Origin: Octopus sinensis
Taxonomy: Eukaryota
Reading direction: 5' to 3'
NCBI RefSeq assembly: GCF_006345805.1
Contig: NC_042998.1
Span: 30,070,001 to 30,134,000, forward strand
Length of the DNA: 64,000 nucleotides
The notes under the pieces were generated by a model. The model made no database searches, was not told where the DNA came from, and saw only the letters and a program-made list of their open reading frames with translations. A program made the translations under genes and the position numbers. Each line of letters starts with the position of its first letter. Position 1 is the first letter of the stretch. Positions 26,857-39,860 of the stretch are shown piece by piece.

Positions 26857-28064
26857 ACATACCAAAAGAGTTAACAAAATTCCAGTAATATATTTTACCA
26901 TTTTTAACTGGTAGGTGATTCCAACATCAAACATTGTAGGCTATGTACAAATAAGAATAAGGGGTGTAGTTTATTTACAGCTGAACAGAGTCACATACTT
27001 CAACTGATTCGTAATACTTATGGCTTTCATATAGCCATATCCGCTATGTTTACAAAATGCTACAACAGCATTTAGTTATTTTAGCTGTCGAAATATTCTT
27101 TAACAAAAATTCCCTCACCAAACTTCCATCTTCTTCTAACTCTTAGCACATGGAAAATTACATTTACCTAATCATATCATAGTATTATGTTCAGCGAAAT
27201 TTCGGTACTATTGCTTTTCCTTAAAATATTTCGATTCTAATTTTCTTTCTACCCTTAGAGAATTTCGATAATTCTGATAAAATTATATTCTTCCAGTTTT
27301 ACTATTCCTAAACAACAGGCTGACTATTTTTATAAACCGTAAATTTCCTATTATGCTGTTTCACCAGAACAGAAATACTACGTTTCATAATACGCGTCAA
27401 ATGATAAGAGCTGTTTGGGATAACTGCGATGTATAAAAGAAAGATTCAAATTCTAAACAGTTGTCTGAAAACCAGAACTAAGAACGTGGTGGGATAATTT
27501 ACGCACACTCATCTCTCTGCATGTTATTCTTCAGAAATCGCACGTTTTCCATAGTTGTGCAAAAATCTTTAAAATATAATATATATTCATTGAGATACAT
27601 TTTCTCATGGGGCAAAATATTATATAAAGTAAATATTATATAATGACATTCGAATTATTTCAGAGAACAAAATCGAAATCGATACAGACTTCTGTACATG
27701 CTTGCCTGAATATGCTAATAGGTTTTTCTAAAAATGCGCGTTGACTAATTTTTGCCCGAAATTTACCCGAAGAGAGAATAGCGTTGAAATGTATTTCAGC
27801 AACAAATTTCAAAGTAATAGCCATTTATAGTTTAGGTTATTCCTGGTGTCAAGAACATAAACAGAATTGTTGTTTGTCGTTTATTTTCTCACGTATAATC
27901 TACAGACGGGAGTATTCATAATTAATAATCTTTATTCATGCCATGTTTATATCAGGAATATTTTTATTACGAAGTCATTTCTATCTAGGAAAGATTTTCT
28001 TTTGTTAGTTCACAGAATCTCAAATTGTTGTGTACTAAATTATCTAAAGTTCCGAATAATGTGT

Positions 28065-28236
28065 GGAGCAGGAGTGGCTGTGTGTTTAGAAGCTTGATTA
28101 CGAACTACATGGTTCCGGGTTCAGTCCCACTGCGTGACACCTTGGGCAAGTGTCTTCTTCTATAGCTTCTGGCCGACCAAAGCCTTGTGAGTGGATTTGG
28201 TAGACGGAAACTGAAAGAAGCCCGTCGTATATATGC

Positions 28237-28270
<34 letters not shown>

Positions 28271-28459
28271 CTGTGTTTGTCCCCCCAACATCGCTTGACA
28301 ACCGATGCTGGTGTGTTTACGTCTCCGTAACTTAGCGGTTCGGCATAAGAGACCGATAGAATAAGTACTAGGGTTACAAAGAATAAGTCGTGGGGTCGAT
28401 TTGCTCCACTAAAGGTGGTGCCCCAGCCAAATGACTGAAACAAGTTAAAGAGTAAAGAG
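28065..28459 (+). mobile_element. SINE-B, full length
   Basis: Colinear with 2956-3373. Confidence 0.9.
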
Positions 28460-28463
28460 TGTG

Positions 28464-28501
<38 letters not shown>

Positions 28502-28944
28502 TGTTTAGAAAATATGAGTAAAGTATATACGGAAAATAAACATTACTAACAAAAATAAATATAAAACCTATACATATGTTTCTCTAACTGATAAAATTAT
28601 AAATTACACAAATTTAACTTCATCTTTAGAAAGGGTAATTCTCTTTAACTTGCGGTATTTTATACTCGGTCGTTTGCTTGTGCCCAGAAAAAGTGATTTC
28701 TCTATTTGCCTATCTATCAGAAGTCTTTGATATCCTGTAAAAGCGTTGAGCCATCAGATAGTGAGTGCAATTATTTTTCAATCAATAACAAAGCTATTCC
28801 GACATTAACAAAGCTATTCCAAAAGGATAATATCCCCCATACAAAATTGGAAGCATTTTCTTTTTTCTGAAGAGTATTTTTTTCTAGTTTCAGCTCAGAG
28901 CTGCGGCCATTCTGTTGCACCGACGTTTTGCGCTACACTGTTAT

Positions 28945-29432
28945 TACTAAGAGCCTCTTCTAATATGTGGCACTTGGTGAAGAATGGAGTTTGAATTTGC
29001 ACCCCTTGCCGTGAGGTAGGTTCATCTGGGACTCTCGACAGGAAGCGGTCCAGCTTTGATTTAAAAAAACTACATCTACTTCGTGCAGGTTCCTCAGGCT
29101 CTTTGGGAGAATATTAAATAGCTGTGGGCCCTTGAAACCCAGGCTCTTGCAGTAACTGATCCTGAAGTGTGATGGCATTGCTAGAATTTTTGGCACTATG
29201 CAGTGTCGTCCCGTTCTGGTATTGGTGTAGCTTTCAATGCCAAAATTTGGCACAATTCCTTCCAGGATCTTCCAGATATATATTACTGCATACCTCTCCC
29301 GTCTTCTCTCCAGGGAGTAGAAACTTCTCTGTTTCAACCTTTCTCGGTAGCTGAGCTGTTGCAAAGAGACGATCTTCTTTGTGAATCTTCTCTGGATTGC
29401 TTCAATTTCACACTGGTGGGTGACCATAGCTG
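28945..29432 (-). mobile_element. CR1/L2-type LINE, 5'-truncated 3' fragment
   Basis: IEAIQRRFTKKIVSLQQLSYRERLKQRSFYSLERRRERYAVIYIWKILEGIVPN matches the CR1 ORF2 C-terminal motif (lE.vQRratk..Y.eRL..l.L.sLe.RR.r.dli). Confidence 0.9.
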
Positions 29433-29449
29433 TAAGCAGTAATCCTGTT

Positions 29450-29531
29450 GGCTGAGGACGAATGTCCAGCTGAGGACGAATGTCCGGCTGAGGACGAATG
29501 TCCGGCTGAGGACGAATGTCCGGCTGAAGAC
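29450..29531. repeat. 18-bp minisatellite, 4.5 copies
   Basis: (G/A)GCTGAGGACGAATGTCC x4 plus GGCTGAAGAC. Confidence 0.95.
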
Positions 29532-31065
29532 CATCATGGTTTCCTTATGTGGAGGATCTGCTTCATCTATACTTTAGTAAGGTAATTACACTACCTCCTG
29601 AAAGCAGGTGTGGCAGGCACGTTAACTAATTCCCTCCCGCCTGTAGGCTAATAGAATAATTTTAATAGGATTTATTTCATCTTATAAAAGAGTTAAATTT
29701 CAAAATGTTTACCTTTTCTTTTCAGTACTTTCCAGATCTAAAATGCTATTACATACGACCGAATAACTAGTAACAGTATCATACAAAGAGCATACATTTG
29801 AGTACAAATGAGGCCGTACGTCTAGAACATCAGTAAAGAGAAGTAAAGCAAAATGTCATCACAACCCTACACGTAGACTGGTGAACCAGGACAGGTGTTG
29901 CTAAAAGAAGTCAATTATTAAGATGAAAACTTAAGATGAAAAAATTAAGATGGAAAATGTTAAGATGAAAAATAAATAATGCAGCCAAGCTTTTTAAACG
30001 GTCCCAAGACGTATATTTTGTATTTATGCACTTCTCAATTTCATGTTTCTAGGTCAACAAAACATTCAGGGAGTACAGATTTGTAACTAGATATATTGTC
30101 CACCATAGGAATCTTCGTGCTAGAAAAAGCAACACAAGCTGGTTTCAAAATATGTAAAACTAAACTTTCATTTGTTTGTCTGTTATTCTTCCCATTCTGA
30201 CATGAACGCACGCATAAATTCATTCATTAATTTACAGTTGAAAACACAAAGGATTATAGAAAAGGAGCATTAAAACTCATTACATCGAAGATTAAGTCTC
30301 GAATGAAATAGTGTTTCAATGGGGAACAATTGAATAAAAAAAAATAAAATATATGAACATTTAAATTGAGTTACAAATTATTTTCAAGAAATTCATAAAA
30401 TCGGCACAGAGAATTGTCTTCTAATTATACACGCATGCCTGATTATATTAATGGATTTTCTAAAAATGTGCCATTTCACTAGTATTTCCTTAAATTTGCC
30501 TGATGAGTGAACAACGTTAAAATTAATTTCAGCAACAGAATCATAAGTTTTGCATAACAAAGGAATAGTCATTTATATGGTGAGGTTATTAATAGTGTCA
30601 GAATAGAATTGCGAAGGAAATAAAACTCAATTGTTACAAAGAATCGTTTTATATCTCCGTGTAAACTTTTACTGACGAGTGCCTGTACTATTGCTAATCT
30701 ATATCTAAATCTTATGTGTGTGACGAAGATATTTAATACGATGTCTTTCCTATCTCAGAAAAAGCTTTTTTTTTTTGCCTATTTCTATTGAATAACATTT
30801 CAAAATGTGGATTAGATTATGTAATATTAAGAATAGTTTTACCTATGCCGATATATATTTAATTTGATTAGAAAATATCCTTAATATTAATACGGAAAAT
30901 AAACTTTGCTAACATATATATATATATATTACTATTATTATTATTATGTACATATGTATGTATATGTATACGTATGTCCGTTTGCATATATGTACATGAG
31001 AAAAAAAGGAAGAAAGCAAATTTGAATTTCAAAATTTCAACCGTTGTCCACGAATATAGTGACAT

Positions 31066-31080
<15 letters not shown>

Positions 31081-31098
<18 letters not shown>

Positions 31099-31150
31099 TG
31101 AGAGAGAGAGAGAGAGAGTGAGAGAGAGAGAGAGAGAGAGTGAGAGAGAG
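31081..31150. repeat. (GA)n microsatellite
   Basis: Direct inspection. Confidence 0.95.
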
Positions 31151-32272
31151 GTGGGAGAGAGGGGAAAGAGCGAGATGGATAAGCGAAATATACGTGTATA
31201 CTTCAAGACTATACGTACATTTGTGAGTGTGTATAAGTGTCTATGATTGTGTGTGCTTGTATATATGTATAAGTTTATATTTGCATATATGTATAAGTTT
31301 ATATTTGCATATATGTATCTAATACGTTGTATCCATTCACCGTTAGACGGTTGTGAGAGGGACAAACGCACATGCATGCATACATACATACATATATGCA
31401 TACATGTCATGAACTAACTGTTACTTTCTCTGATGCAGCACGAAATTTTTCAGTGTTAAAGTCGCGGTCTGAAAGCGACGAAAATATACTGGCAAATTAA
31501 ATTTAAATGTTGAAGTGAATCTAACGGTTTTTTCTGTTTTTCAATGGCTTATAAACACATTCCACGCTGCAGTATATAATTGAATATTGCCATATCTCAT
31601 GTTAGTTTCCTTAATTAAGTTACATATAAATTGACCATTATGATAATATTTGCAAAAGATATTGTCTTTGTTATTTACTCTTACAGTTATTTACTTAAAG
31701 ATTGGACTTATGATATTCGATGATCATTTAAAAAATTTTATATGCTAACACACGTTGACAAGAGAACAAGATGATGAAACCATTGAAAGAATGTTTATCT
31801 CAAAATATTTGGCTAATAATCCGAACAAATATAATCTGATACAAATTTATAACAGACACATTACCTCAAATTAGATAAACATATTAGTCTAATTCTTTAA
31901 TATAAACACTTGACTGGTACTCCTGGTTTTTTTTTATACAGGAAAGAGAAAATCAAAGGTGAGGTTCGCAACATTTGTTCTTATTAACTGAAGAAACTGA
32001 TTCTGGTACAGATATATCACAATAATTTAACCTCATAGTTGTTTCTAATATACAAGGACGAAAATCCTGAGCGAAGTAGGGTTAACTCATTCCATATTAT
32101 TGGCCAAAATACTTAATCTGTACATATATGTATACATGGACACATACACGCACAAGTGCACACGCAATACCCCCACATATACACAATTATTATAGAAATT
32201 TTTAGAATAATCTTCTGATTTGGAGTGTTGTTTGTTTAGCTTTATCATAATTTATCGATGGTCCGGCTATTA

Positions 32273-32680
32273 GGCGCAGGAGTGGCTGTGTGGTAAGTAG
32301 CTTGGTTACCAACCACATGGTTCTGGGTTCAGTCCCACTGCCTGGCACCTTGGGCAAGTGTCTTCTACTATAGCCTCGGGCCGACCAAAGCCTTGTGAGT
32401 GGATTTGGTAGACGGAAACTGAAAGAAGCCCGTCGTATATATGTATATATATATATATATGTATGTGCGTGTATGTTTGTGTGTTTGTCACCCTAGCATT
32501 GCTTGACAACCGATGCTGGTGTGTTTATGTCCCCGTCACTTAGCGGTTCGGCAAAAGAGCCCGATAGAATAAGTCCTAGGCTTACAAAGAATAAGTCCCG
32601 GGTTCGAGTTGCTCGATTAAAGGCAGTGCACCAGCATGGCCGCAGTCAAAATGACTGAAACAAGTAAAAAGAGAAAGAGA
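32273..32680 (+). mobile_element. SINE-B, full length
   Basis: Colinear with 2956-3373. Confidence 0.9.
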
Positions 32681-33867
32681 GAGAGAGAGACAATCTGGAC
32701 ACATTTGAACAATACTTAAAGTGCAATGGGATGCGTCTTGCTTCAGCTATTATTACAGAATGTTGCAGTTAAACATAACGTTTGTATGAAACCATTGTTC
32801 AGCCACTGATGTCGTTCATATTGTCGAGTAATTGAACAAGAATTTAAAGACAAGTATACTCACTGTATTTTTTTATTATTTGTGTTTGTGCGTACAGGCG
32901 AATAAAACACACCAGATAACTTTTTAGCAAACCCTTCATTATAAGTGTAATTATTAAGTTAGTAAATCTTTGTAACATACTATAAAAACAAAATTAATTG
33001 TGGTTTTCTTGAATGTGTTACTGATAAACACGTAATATTTTCGAATAAACACAATCTACTATATGACCCATTCCCACTTAAAAAAGAAGTTTACTTTTAA
33101 TTATAAAGTAAGACATAGAACATCTTCAGAATATTTAGCTACATAACTGAACGTATAATCAACACCAATGAGGAAATGGTACGATTATCGATTCGAAAGA
33201 TATACTCTACGGAGCACAAATGAAATAAATCTTCGTTTGTCAAATGAGAATTACGATTAACAAAAGCAAAGCTGAAACGTCTCTCTGCCGAAGTGTCATG
33301 GCTCAAAAGGTCAGATTATTCTGTATCTCAGTGCAAACGAATTTCTTGACACCCAACTTCTCATAGATTTAATATCTTTAACTACAGTCATTTACTTATT
33401 TATTGGATTGAGAATATTTTGTACTAGCTACGGCACTTGGTGATGACGACGACAATATAAACCTATACTGGATTATCTTTGCTTCTGTTCACATTAGATT
33501 ATTCTAGAAATTATAAGCAGATCTAAAGCATATACGTTAGGATGGATTTGTAATGAGATTTCTTTCTAGAAATAATACGTATAACCTTTAATCGTAATTT
33601 CAGTGAATTCCAAACAAGAATGGAAGCGTTGGGAAATACCAACGGAAAATTAAAACTTATCCACAGGAGATTAAGATAAATATGTGAACCTGAGGTGAAA
33701 GTCTTCAGGAATAACAGTTTAGCAAAATCTAAGACATCAAATTCTAACGTAGAATGTAGCGTGGGAACGTTCAAAGCTGTTGATAAAAGACAAATATTAA
33801 CGATACTTTAAACTACTGCTGCTACTACTACTACCACCACCACTACTAATAATAATAATAACAATAA

Positions 33868-34057
33868 TACTTTATTACTACTAAAAACAGATTAAGTCGA
33901 TTACATCGACTCCAGTGTGTAACTGGTACTAAATTTATCGACCCCGAAAGGATGAAAGGCAAAGTCGCCCTCGGCGGAACTTGAACTCAGAACGTAACGG
34001 CAGACGAAATACGGCTACGCATTTTGCCCGGCGTGCTAACGTTTCTGCCAGCTCGCA
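33868..34057 (-). mobile_element. SINE-A with internally deleted tail
   Basis: Head and core near consensus; flanked by AAT repeats. Confidence 0.9.
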
Positions 34058-34089
34058 GCAACAACAATAATAATAATAATAATAATAAT

Positions 34090-34405
34090 AAATGCCGTGT
34101 TGCAATACCATGCACTGGCTTTCATGTCTTTCGAGCTTAACTGATTGGAGGTGTTATCCTGTACAGGTTTATTTTGGTGTAAAAGATGGGCTACAGCAAA
34201 TATTCTGCTCAATACCAATGATTTGCCTGTCGGCTGTTTGACCATAATCAGTTGAGCGTTTCCCTTAGTAGCTGACGATATGAACATCTCTGATCACTAG
34301 CAGAAGTAGTGAGGGAGCATTATATCTCTGTGTTGTGAGGAATTGTTTGGAGTTTGAATAATTCACTTCTGGAAACATGGATGTTTCGTTTGACATCCTT
34401 AAACA
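34090..34405 (-). mobile_element. Probable retroposon 3' end with (ATT)n tail, family unassigned
   Basis: Complex sequence ending directly in an ATT/AAT tract at 34060-34090; no diagnostic motif recognised. Confidence 0.35.
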
Positions 34406-35039
34406 ATGCTTTCTTTAAGCAAATTTACTTGCAATTTTTAAACCTTCATCTACACGAAAATCCTACACATTTTTCGCAGCAATTACAAAAGAAATTGCAG
34501 CCGATGTTGTTTTGGCGGCGGTGGCAGTGGTGATATTCGCGTTTGTAAGCTTTTCTTATTTAGTATCGTAGTTGTTTTTATCGTTGTCGTCATCGAAAGT
34601 TTTAACGTTGCATAGAGTCGAAACAGTATTCCCCTCGGTGATGTTATTATGTGTAGGCCATTCTATATCTTTGTTCTCATTTTTCTCCGACAAGGAACGC
34701 GTCTCATTGTCGAACATTATGACGGCTTCTTTATCAGCCATCTTTAAATAATTAAAGAAAATTGTGAAATATTTGCTTTTGCCGAAGGTAGTTAAAATTC
34801 AAAACCTTATTGATGTACAACCCCTGCAAAAGAGGGGGGGTTCTACGCAAATATAGTATCGGTGCAGTCCACACAATATCAGAAATGAAATGGTAACAAG
34901 AAGCATGAAAACATGGGGCCTTAGAAGGCCGAAAATTTTACAAGCACCATTTCAACTTACGGAGCTTCAATTTTCCGCGAAGGTGTTTAGAGCAGCAAAA
35001 GCTGGATATTGTAACCTTTAGGGGTTGGGACAATCAAAA

Positions 35040-35390
35040 TTCCTCAATAATAGAATAAACGGGGAAGTGCCAAGAGATCAACATATCATGGAAGTAAGAT
35101 TGATAAATATGGAGACCTGAGAATTGAGATCGCTAAGATGTGGCAGCTACGGGAGTTAAACATAAAGGTTAGCTCTATTGATATCGGAGCATTGGGTTCT
35201 ATACCACTCAATCTGAAAAAATATCTGGAAACTTTAGAAATACCCTACAATGTCGGTGTTTTGCAAAAACCGGCATTACTTGGAACAGCATGCACATTCC
35301 GTAAAGTTGACACTTGACAGACAGTAAAAACTGCCAGTAGGCACAATATTTTCAATCAACATCACGATATTGCATAATGTGCGACATCTT
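35040..35390 (+). mobile_element. R4/Dong-like (restriction-like endonuclease) non-LTR element, 3' fragment 1
   Basis: 35099-35317 reads IDKYGDLRIEIAKMWQLRELNIKVSSIDIGALGSIPLNLKKYLETLEIPYNVGVLQKPALLGTACTFRKVDT*, the K..KY..L...W...IGALG...ALLGTA.I.R C-terminus of RLE elements; runs into (TAA)n. Confidence 0.85.
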
Positions 35391-35509
35391 TAATAATAAT
35401 AATAATAATAATAATAATAGTAATAATAATAATAATAATAATAATAGTAATAATAATAAATAATAATATAATAGTAATAAATAATAATAATAATATAGTA
35501 ATAATAATA

Positions 35510-35550
<41 letters not shown>

Positions 35551-36055
35551 GTAATAATAATAATAATAATAATAATAGTAATAATAATAATAATAATAAT
35601 AATAGTAAGGCATGATAAAAAAATATTCAGACAAATACATAACAAAAACACCAGGACTTACAAACACATATAACATACAGAAAATTGCACTACTAGGCAC
35701 TGCACACATCCTACGCAGAACACTTTCCATACAATAACCATCAGAGCATCACAACAAATCACAGCACATACCCAAGGCACACAGAGCTGCGCTCGGTAGT
35801 GAAGTGAAAGCACGCTATAAAAATAAAAATAAAACTACTGAATAATAATAATAATAATAATAATAGTAATAATAATATAATAGTAATAATAATAATAGTA
35901 ATAATAATAATAATAATAATAATAGTAATAAGAATAAGAATAATAGTAATAATAATAGTAATAATAGTAATAATAATAGTAATAATAGTAATAATAATAA
36001 TAGTAATAATAATAATAGTAATAATAATAATAGTAATAATAAAAATAATGACGGC
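35391..36055. repeat. (AAT)n/(AGT) microsatellite interrupted by a retroelement fragment
   Basis: Direct inspection. Confidence 0.95.
35609..35840 (+). mobile_element. R4/Dong-like element, 3' fragment 2, inside the AAT tract
   Basis: 35609-35737 reads GMIKKYSDKYITKTPGLTNTYNIQKIALLGTAHILRRTLSIQ*, then a 3' UTR ending in (AAT)n. Confidence 0.9.
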
Positions 36056-36058
36056 GAT

Positions 36059-36630
36059 GATTTTATTTATTTGCCACCAGAGAGAATGATGAGGGGGACA
36101 ATACAAAGACATATATAGAGTGGGGGGTTACATATAATGAAATGATAAAATAATGAAAAGAAAGAAAACAAAATATTAAGTATATTAACGGTTCGGCAAA
36201 AGTGACTGATAGAATAAGTACTAGGCTTACAAAGAATAAGTCCTGGGGTCGATTCCCTCGACTTAAAAGCGGTGCCCCAGCATGGCCACAGTCAAATAAC
36301 GGAAACAAGTGAAAGAGTAAAAGAGTTTGTACGGTATACAATGAAAAGGAAGGGACATATAAATAGGGGTGAGGATGATAGAGAAGCGGCCCTCTTGGTA
36401 CTGGATGAACTCTAGGAATGATCGAGGAACCCGACTCTCCGAAATTTCCTTGAACACCAGCAGCAAGTGCCCTCCCCGACACACAGGTCTACACTTAGAG
36501 AGGTACCATAGACTCTTGCCATTTTTGCAACTTTCACCCACCTTGCAATAAACTCACTCGAGGACAGCACTTCCTGCTCTACTCTCAACTTCCTTTTCAA
36601 GTGAAACTTGAAGAAATCAATGAGAGTTCA
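36059..36630 (-). mobile_element. Tx1/L1-clade LINE, 5'-truncated 3' fragment (second subfamily)
   Basis: FFKFHLKRKLRVEQEVLSSSEFIARWVKVAKMARV aligns with YFIFHLKRKIGLERICLTKRVYEERWKDVARKLRV of the 48921-50375 element; 3' end TTGTATTGTCCCCC...GTGGCAAATAAATAAAA. Confidence 0.8.
36187..36327 (+). mobile_element. SINE-B 3' fragment inside the Tx1 3' UTR
   Basis: GGTTCGGCAAAAG...GGCTTACAAAGAATAAGTCCTGGGGTCG...GAGTAAAAGAG. Confidence 0.85.
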
Positions 36631-36631
36631 A

Positions 36632-36700
36632 GCGAAGAAGAAGAAGATGAAGTTGAAGAAGAAGGTGAAGATGAAGAGGAAGAAGATGAAGAAGAAGGAG
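36632..36700. repeat. (GAA)n-type microsatellite
   Basis: Direct inspection. Confidence 0.85.
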
Positions 36701-36759
36701 AATTCGCTAGTGTGTGTGACTTGACCACTTATTTCTTGTTAAAAAATTTTGATTAGTTC

Positions 36760-37700
36760 GGGAATCGATTTTTTTCTATACTACTTCACTCACTCTTTAA
36801 TTATATCTTGGAAAGTTTCCTCTCTTTGCCAAAATTAGCTATTCTGAAAAAATTCAGCCCTTTCCTGTCAATACCTTATTTTTGCTTCAGTCTGTTATAT
36901 TTATAATCATTCCTAAGCTAACAGTTTCCCCTTCTTTCAAATCACTATGTGATTCTATTATTTGTATTTCTTGCACTGTTGACTTTTAGTACCAAATTTT
37001 CTTCAGCATACCTCCTAGCTGACTTATTATGCAGTCCCTGCTATGCTCTCCTTGCTATGCTCTCCCTGCCAATACTCTCCCTGCTATTGTGTCCCTGCTA
37101 TGCTGTCCCTGTCATGCTGTTTCTCTTTATGTGATTCAAAATTTTAACTTCCATCGTTTCTTAATTCAATTGTTACTGATCAGCTTTTTTTTAAACCACA
37201 CGCACCATCTGCATTTGGTGATATTCACTAACCCCAGCACCTAATTATTTATCCTTTGTTCATCCTCAGACACCAATCCATCTGCATCTTTATTCTAGCA
37301 ATTAAAAAAATCGGTTGGTGCCATCAGAATTCTCCTTTGCTATCATTTCCGATCCGTTACTTTGAGCAATATCATCCAGTTCCAATATTTCTACTTCTTT
37401 CTCTTGTACCTAACTTTCCTCACCTGTACCGCTCTTGGTACGTTAATTAGTTTTCATCTTGATGGCTTCAATTTCAAGCTCAGAGAACATGTCCTTGCGA
37501 ATCGCTGTTACCTGCTCAAAATTTCTCAGCAAATAGTTTCAAATATTCCTCTATTTTCCCGTTCATTATACGTTCTCTGTCGAGAGTACTTTGTTGCTTC
37601 GCTCCAATGGTAGCACTTCGTAATAATAATGTCTACCTCTTTGCTTCACTCCTACACCTTTTTTCTAACTAACAGTATCAAGTTTACAACCGCTACATTT
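36760..37700 (-). mobile_element. Decayed N-terminal ORF region of an R4/Dong-like element
   Basis: Minus frames give IITKCYHWS, RQRTYNERENRGIFET, EQVTAIRKDMFSELEIEAIK and ARRYAEENL, in the order of the R4/Dong N-terminal motifs; contains an about 14-bp CCCTGCTATGCTCT minisatellite at 37036-37115. Confidence 0.5.
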
Positions 37701-37771
37701 AGAATACACCAACCAAAAGGCACGGAAAAGACACTGGCAGACAATATTTAACAAGAATGCAAGATTATATA

Positions 37772-38191
37772 TATTTCTTTATTGCCCACAAGGGGCTAAA
37801 CATAGGGGGGGGGGCAAACAAGGACAGACAAAGGGATTAAGTCGATTACATCGACCCCAGTGCATAACTGGTACTTTATATATCGACCCCGAAAGGATGA
37901 AAGGCAAAGTCGGCCTCGGCGGAATTTGAACTCAGAACATAAAGACAGATGAAATACCTATTTCTTTACTACCCACAAGGGGCTAAACACAGAAGGGACA
38001 AACAAGGACAGACAAAGGGATTAAGTCGCTTACATCGACCCCAGTGCGTAACTGGTACTTTATATATCGACCCCGAAAGGATGAAAGGCAAAGTCGACCT
38101 GGGCGGAATTTGAACTCAGAACGTAACGGCAGACGAAACGCTGCTAAACATTTCGCCCGGCGTGCTAACGATTCTGCCAGCTCGCCGCCTT
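37772..38191 (-). mobile_element. SINE-A head-to-tail dimer
   Basis: One head, two core+tail units, junction 37958|37959; outer TSD CAAGATTATATA at 37760-37771 and 38195-38206. Confidence 0.9.
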
Positions 38192-38621
38192 TATCAAGAT
38201 TATATAGGGCGCTTACAAATGATTACAAAATATCTACAGGACGACAAAAAATATGTGCAAAAAAATCAAATTAAGACAAATAGCTATAGGAGCGACGAAC
38301 ATAATAAATTCTATCTTCAATTGTAACGTTCAACCTCAAAAAGTTCTGCATTATGTACATCGCATGTTTTAATGATATTCAGTGATAAAAAAAAACTGTG
38401 AGCAGTGAGGAAAGACATGCGATTAAACAACATTAATTTATAAGAGTTTTGAAATCAGAAACAATGCTAATCACTTGTCCTCATATTTGAAAGTTGAATA
38501 AAACTCTTTGCTTCGCATGTTTTAATGATATGCAATGATAAAACGTACTATATTGTAACTATGAGCAGTGAAGAAAAATATGTGATTCAACAAAAATAAT
38601 TTACAAGATTTTTTTGAATTA

Positions 38622-38691
<70 letters not shown>

Positions 38692-39205
38692 TATATAGAT
38701 ATATGCCGACGTGTACAGTGTGTACAGTATTACTAATCGGTTTCGCACTAGAGGGTTCAACGTAATATAACGTAACAGTCTGATTATATAACCCTGCTTT
38801 CCCAGGGATGAAATATTGTATGTATATCACAATCCAGGAAAATATATATATATTAGTAAAGTTAATTGTTACATCAAAGTGACTGTTCAATTTTACTACT
38901 AGTTTCAACCGAGACAGATCTTCCGACAGTTGGTTATCAGTGCAGACTGTATCCTGTGTACATATATTACTAGCAAGGGAACAAAACCCGACCATCTTCT
39001 AGCAGACAACAGTATCGCGAGACTAAGTCAGTTTCGAACTGGCTAGTTCATCTTCTGTAGCAGGCACCTGGTCGCCAGAGAGATAACCAGAGTTCTCTCC
39101 ATCCAGCAATATATTGTAAACAAAATAATTATCCGTCACTGATCTGCTATTAGCAAAGTAGCCAGTTGTATAATCTCAAGGAAAGATTAGTCTAATAACT
39201 ATACA

Positions 39206-39436
39206 TATTTCTTTACTACCCACAAGGGGCTAAGCACAGAGAGGACAAATAAGGACAGACAAAGGGATTAAGTCGATTATATCGACTCCAGTGCGTAACT
39301 GGTACTTAATTTATCGACCCCGAAAGGATGAAAGGCAAAGTCGATCTCGGCGGAATTTGAACTCAGAACGTAGCGGCAGACGAAATGCCGCTAAACATTT
39401 CGCCCGGCATGCTAACGATTCTGCCAGCTCGCCACC
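39206..39436 (-). mobile_element. SINE-A monomer, tail A
   Basis: Near-consensus; TSD TAATAACTATAC at 39193-39204 and 39446-39457. Confidence 0.9.
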
Positions 39437-39826
39437 CTATCAGTGTAATAACTATACCAACCAGTAAAATTAATTTTGAGGTCAATTAGTATGGCTAGCA
39501 ATATGCTCAAGGTGCAGACTGCACCGATGACCGGCTGCCGGAAGACCTGCCTGTGGTTAAACAAGTCGTAACATGGTACAGCCACTTTGATGTGACAACG
39601 GAACATTTTGATATTGAAAGTGCAAGTTAAATTTAGATGTTGAATGAATGCAAATCTAAATATAGCGTATCAATGCAAATCTAAATTAAGAAGCGGTCTC
39701 GATATTCAACAATATCAACTTCGTGATATAAATTGTATTTGATACATGTTTGGATAGAAATGTAGCACAGCATATATAATTTTAGCTTCAAGAACATATA
39801 TATGTTTGTGTGTGTTTTCGCGCGCA

Positions 39827-39860
<34 letters not shown>

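Noticed and set aside
29450-29531. CRISPR-like array
   Set aside because: Direct tandem repeats with no spacers, in a eukaryotic context.
30498-30530. CTGATGA hammerhead-like word (also CTGACGA at about 30671)
   Set aside because: No stem II plus GAAA partner and no stem I.
35352-36112. Poly-I/Y/L ORFs
   Set aside because: Antisense translations of (AAT)n.
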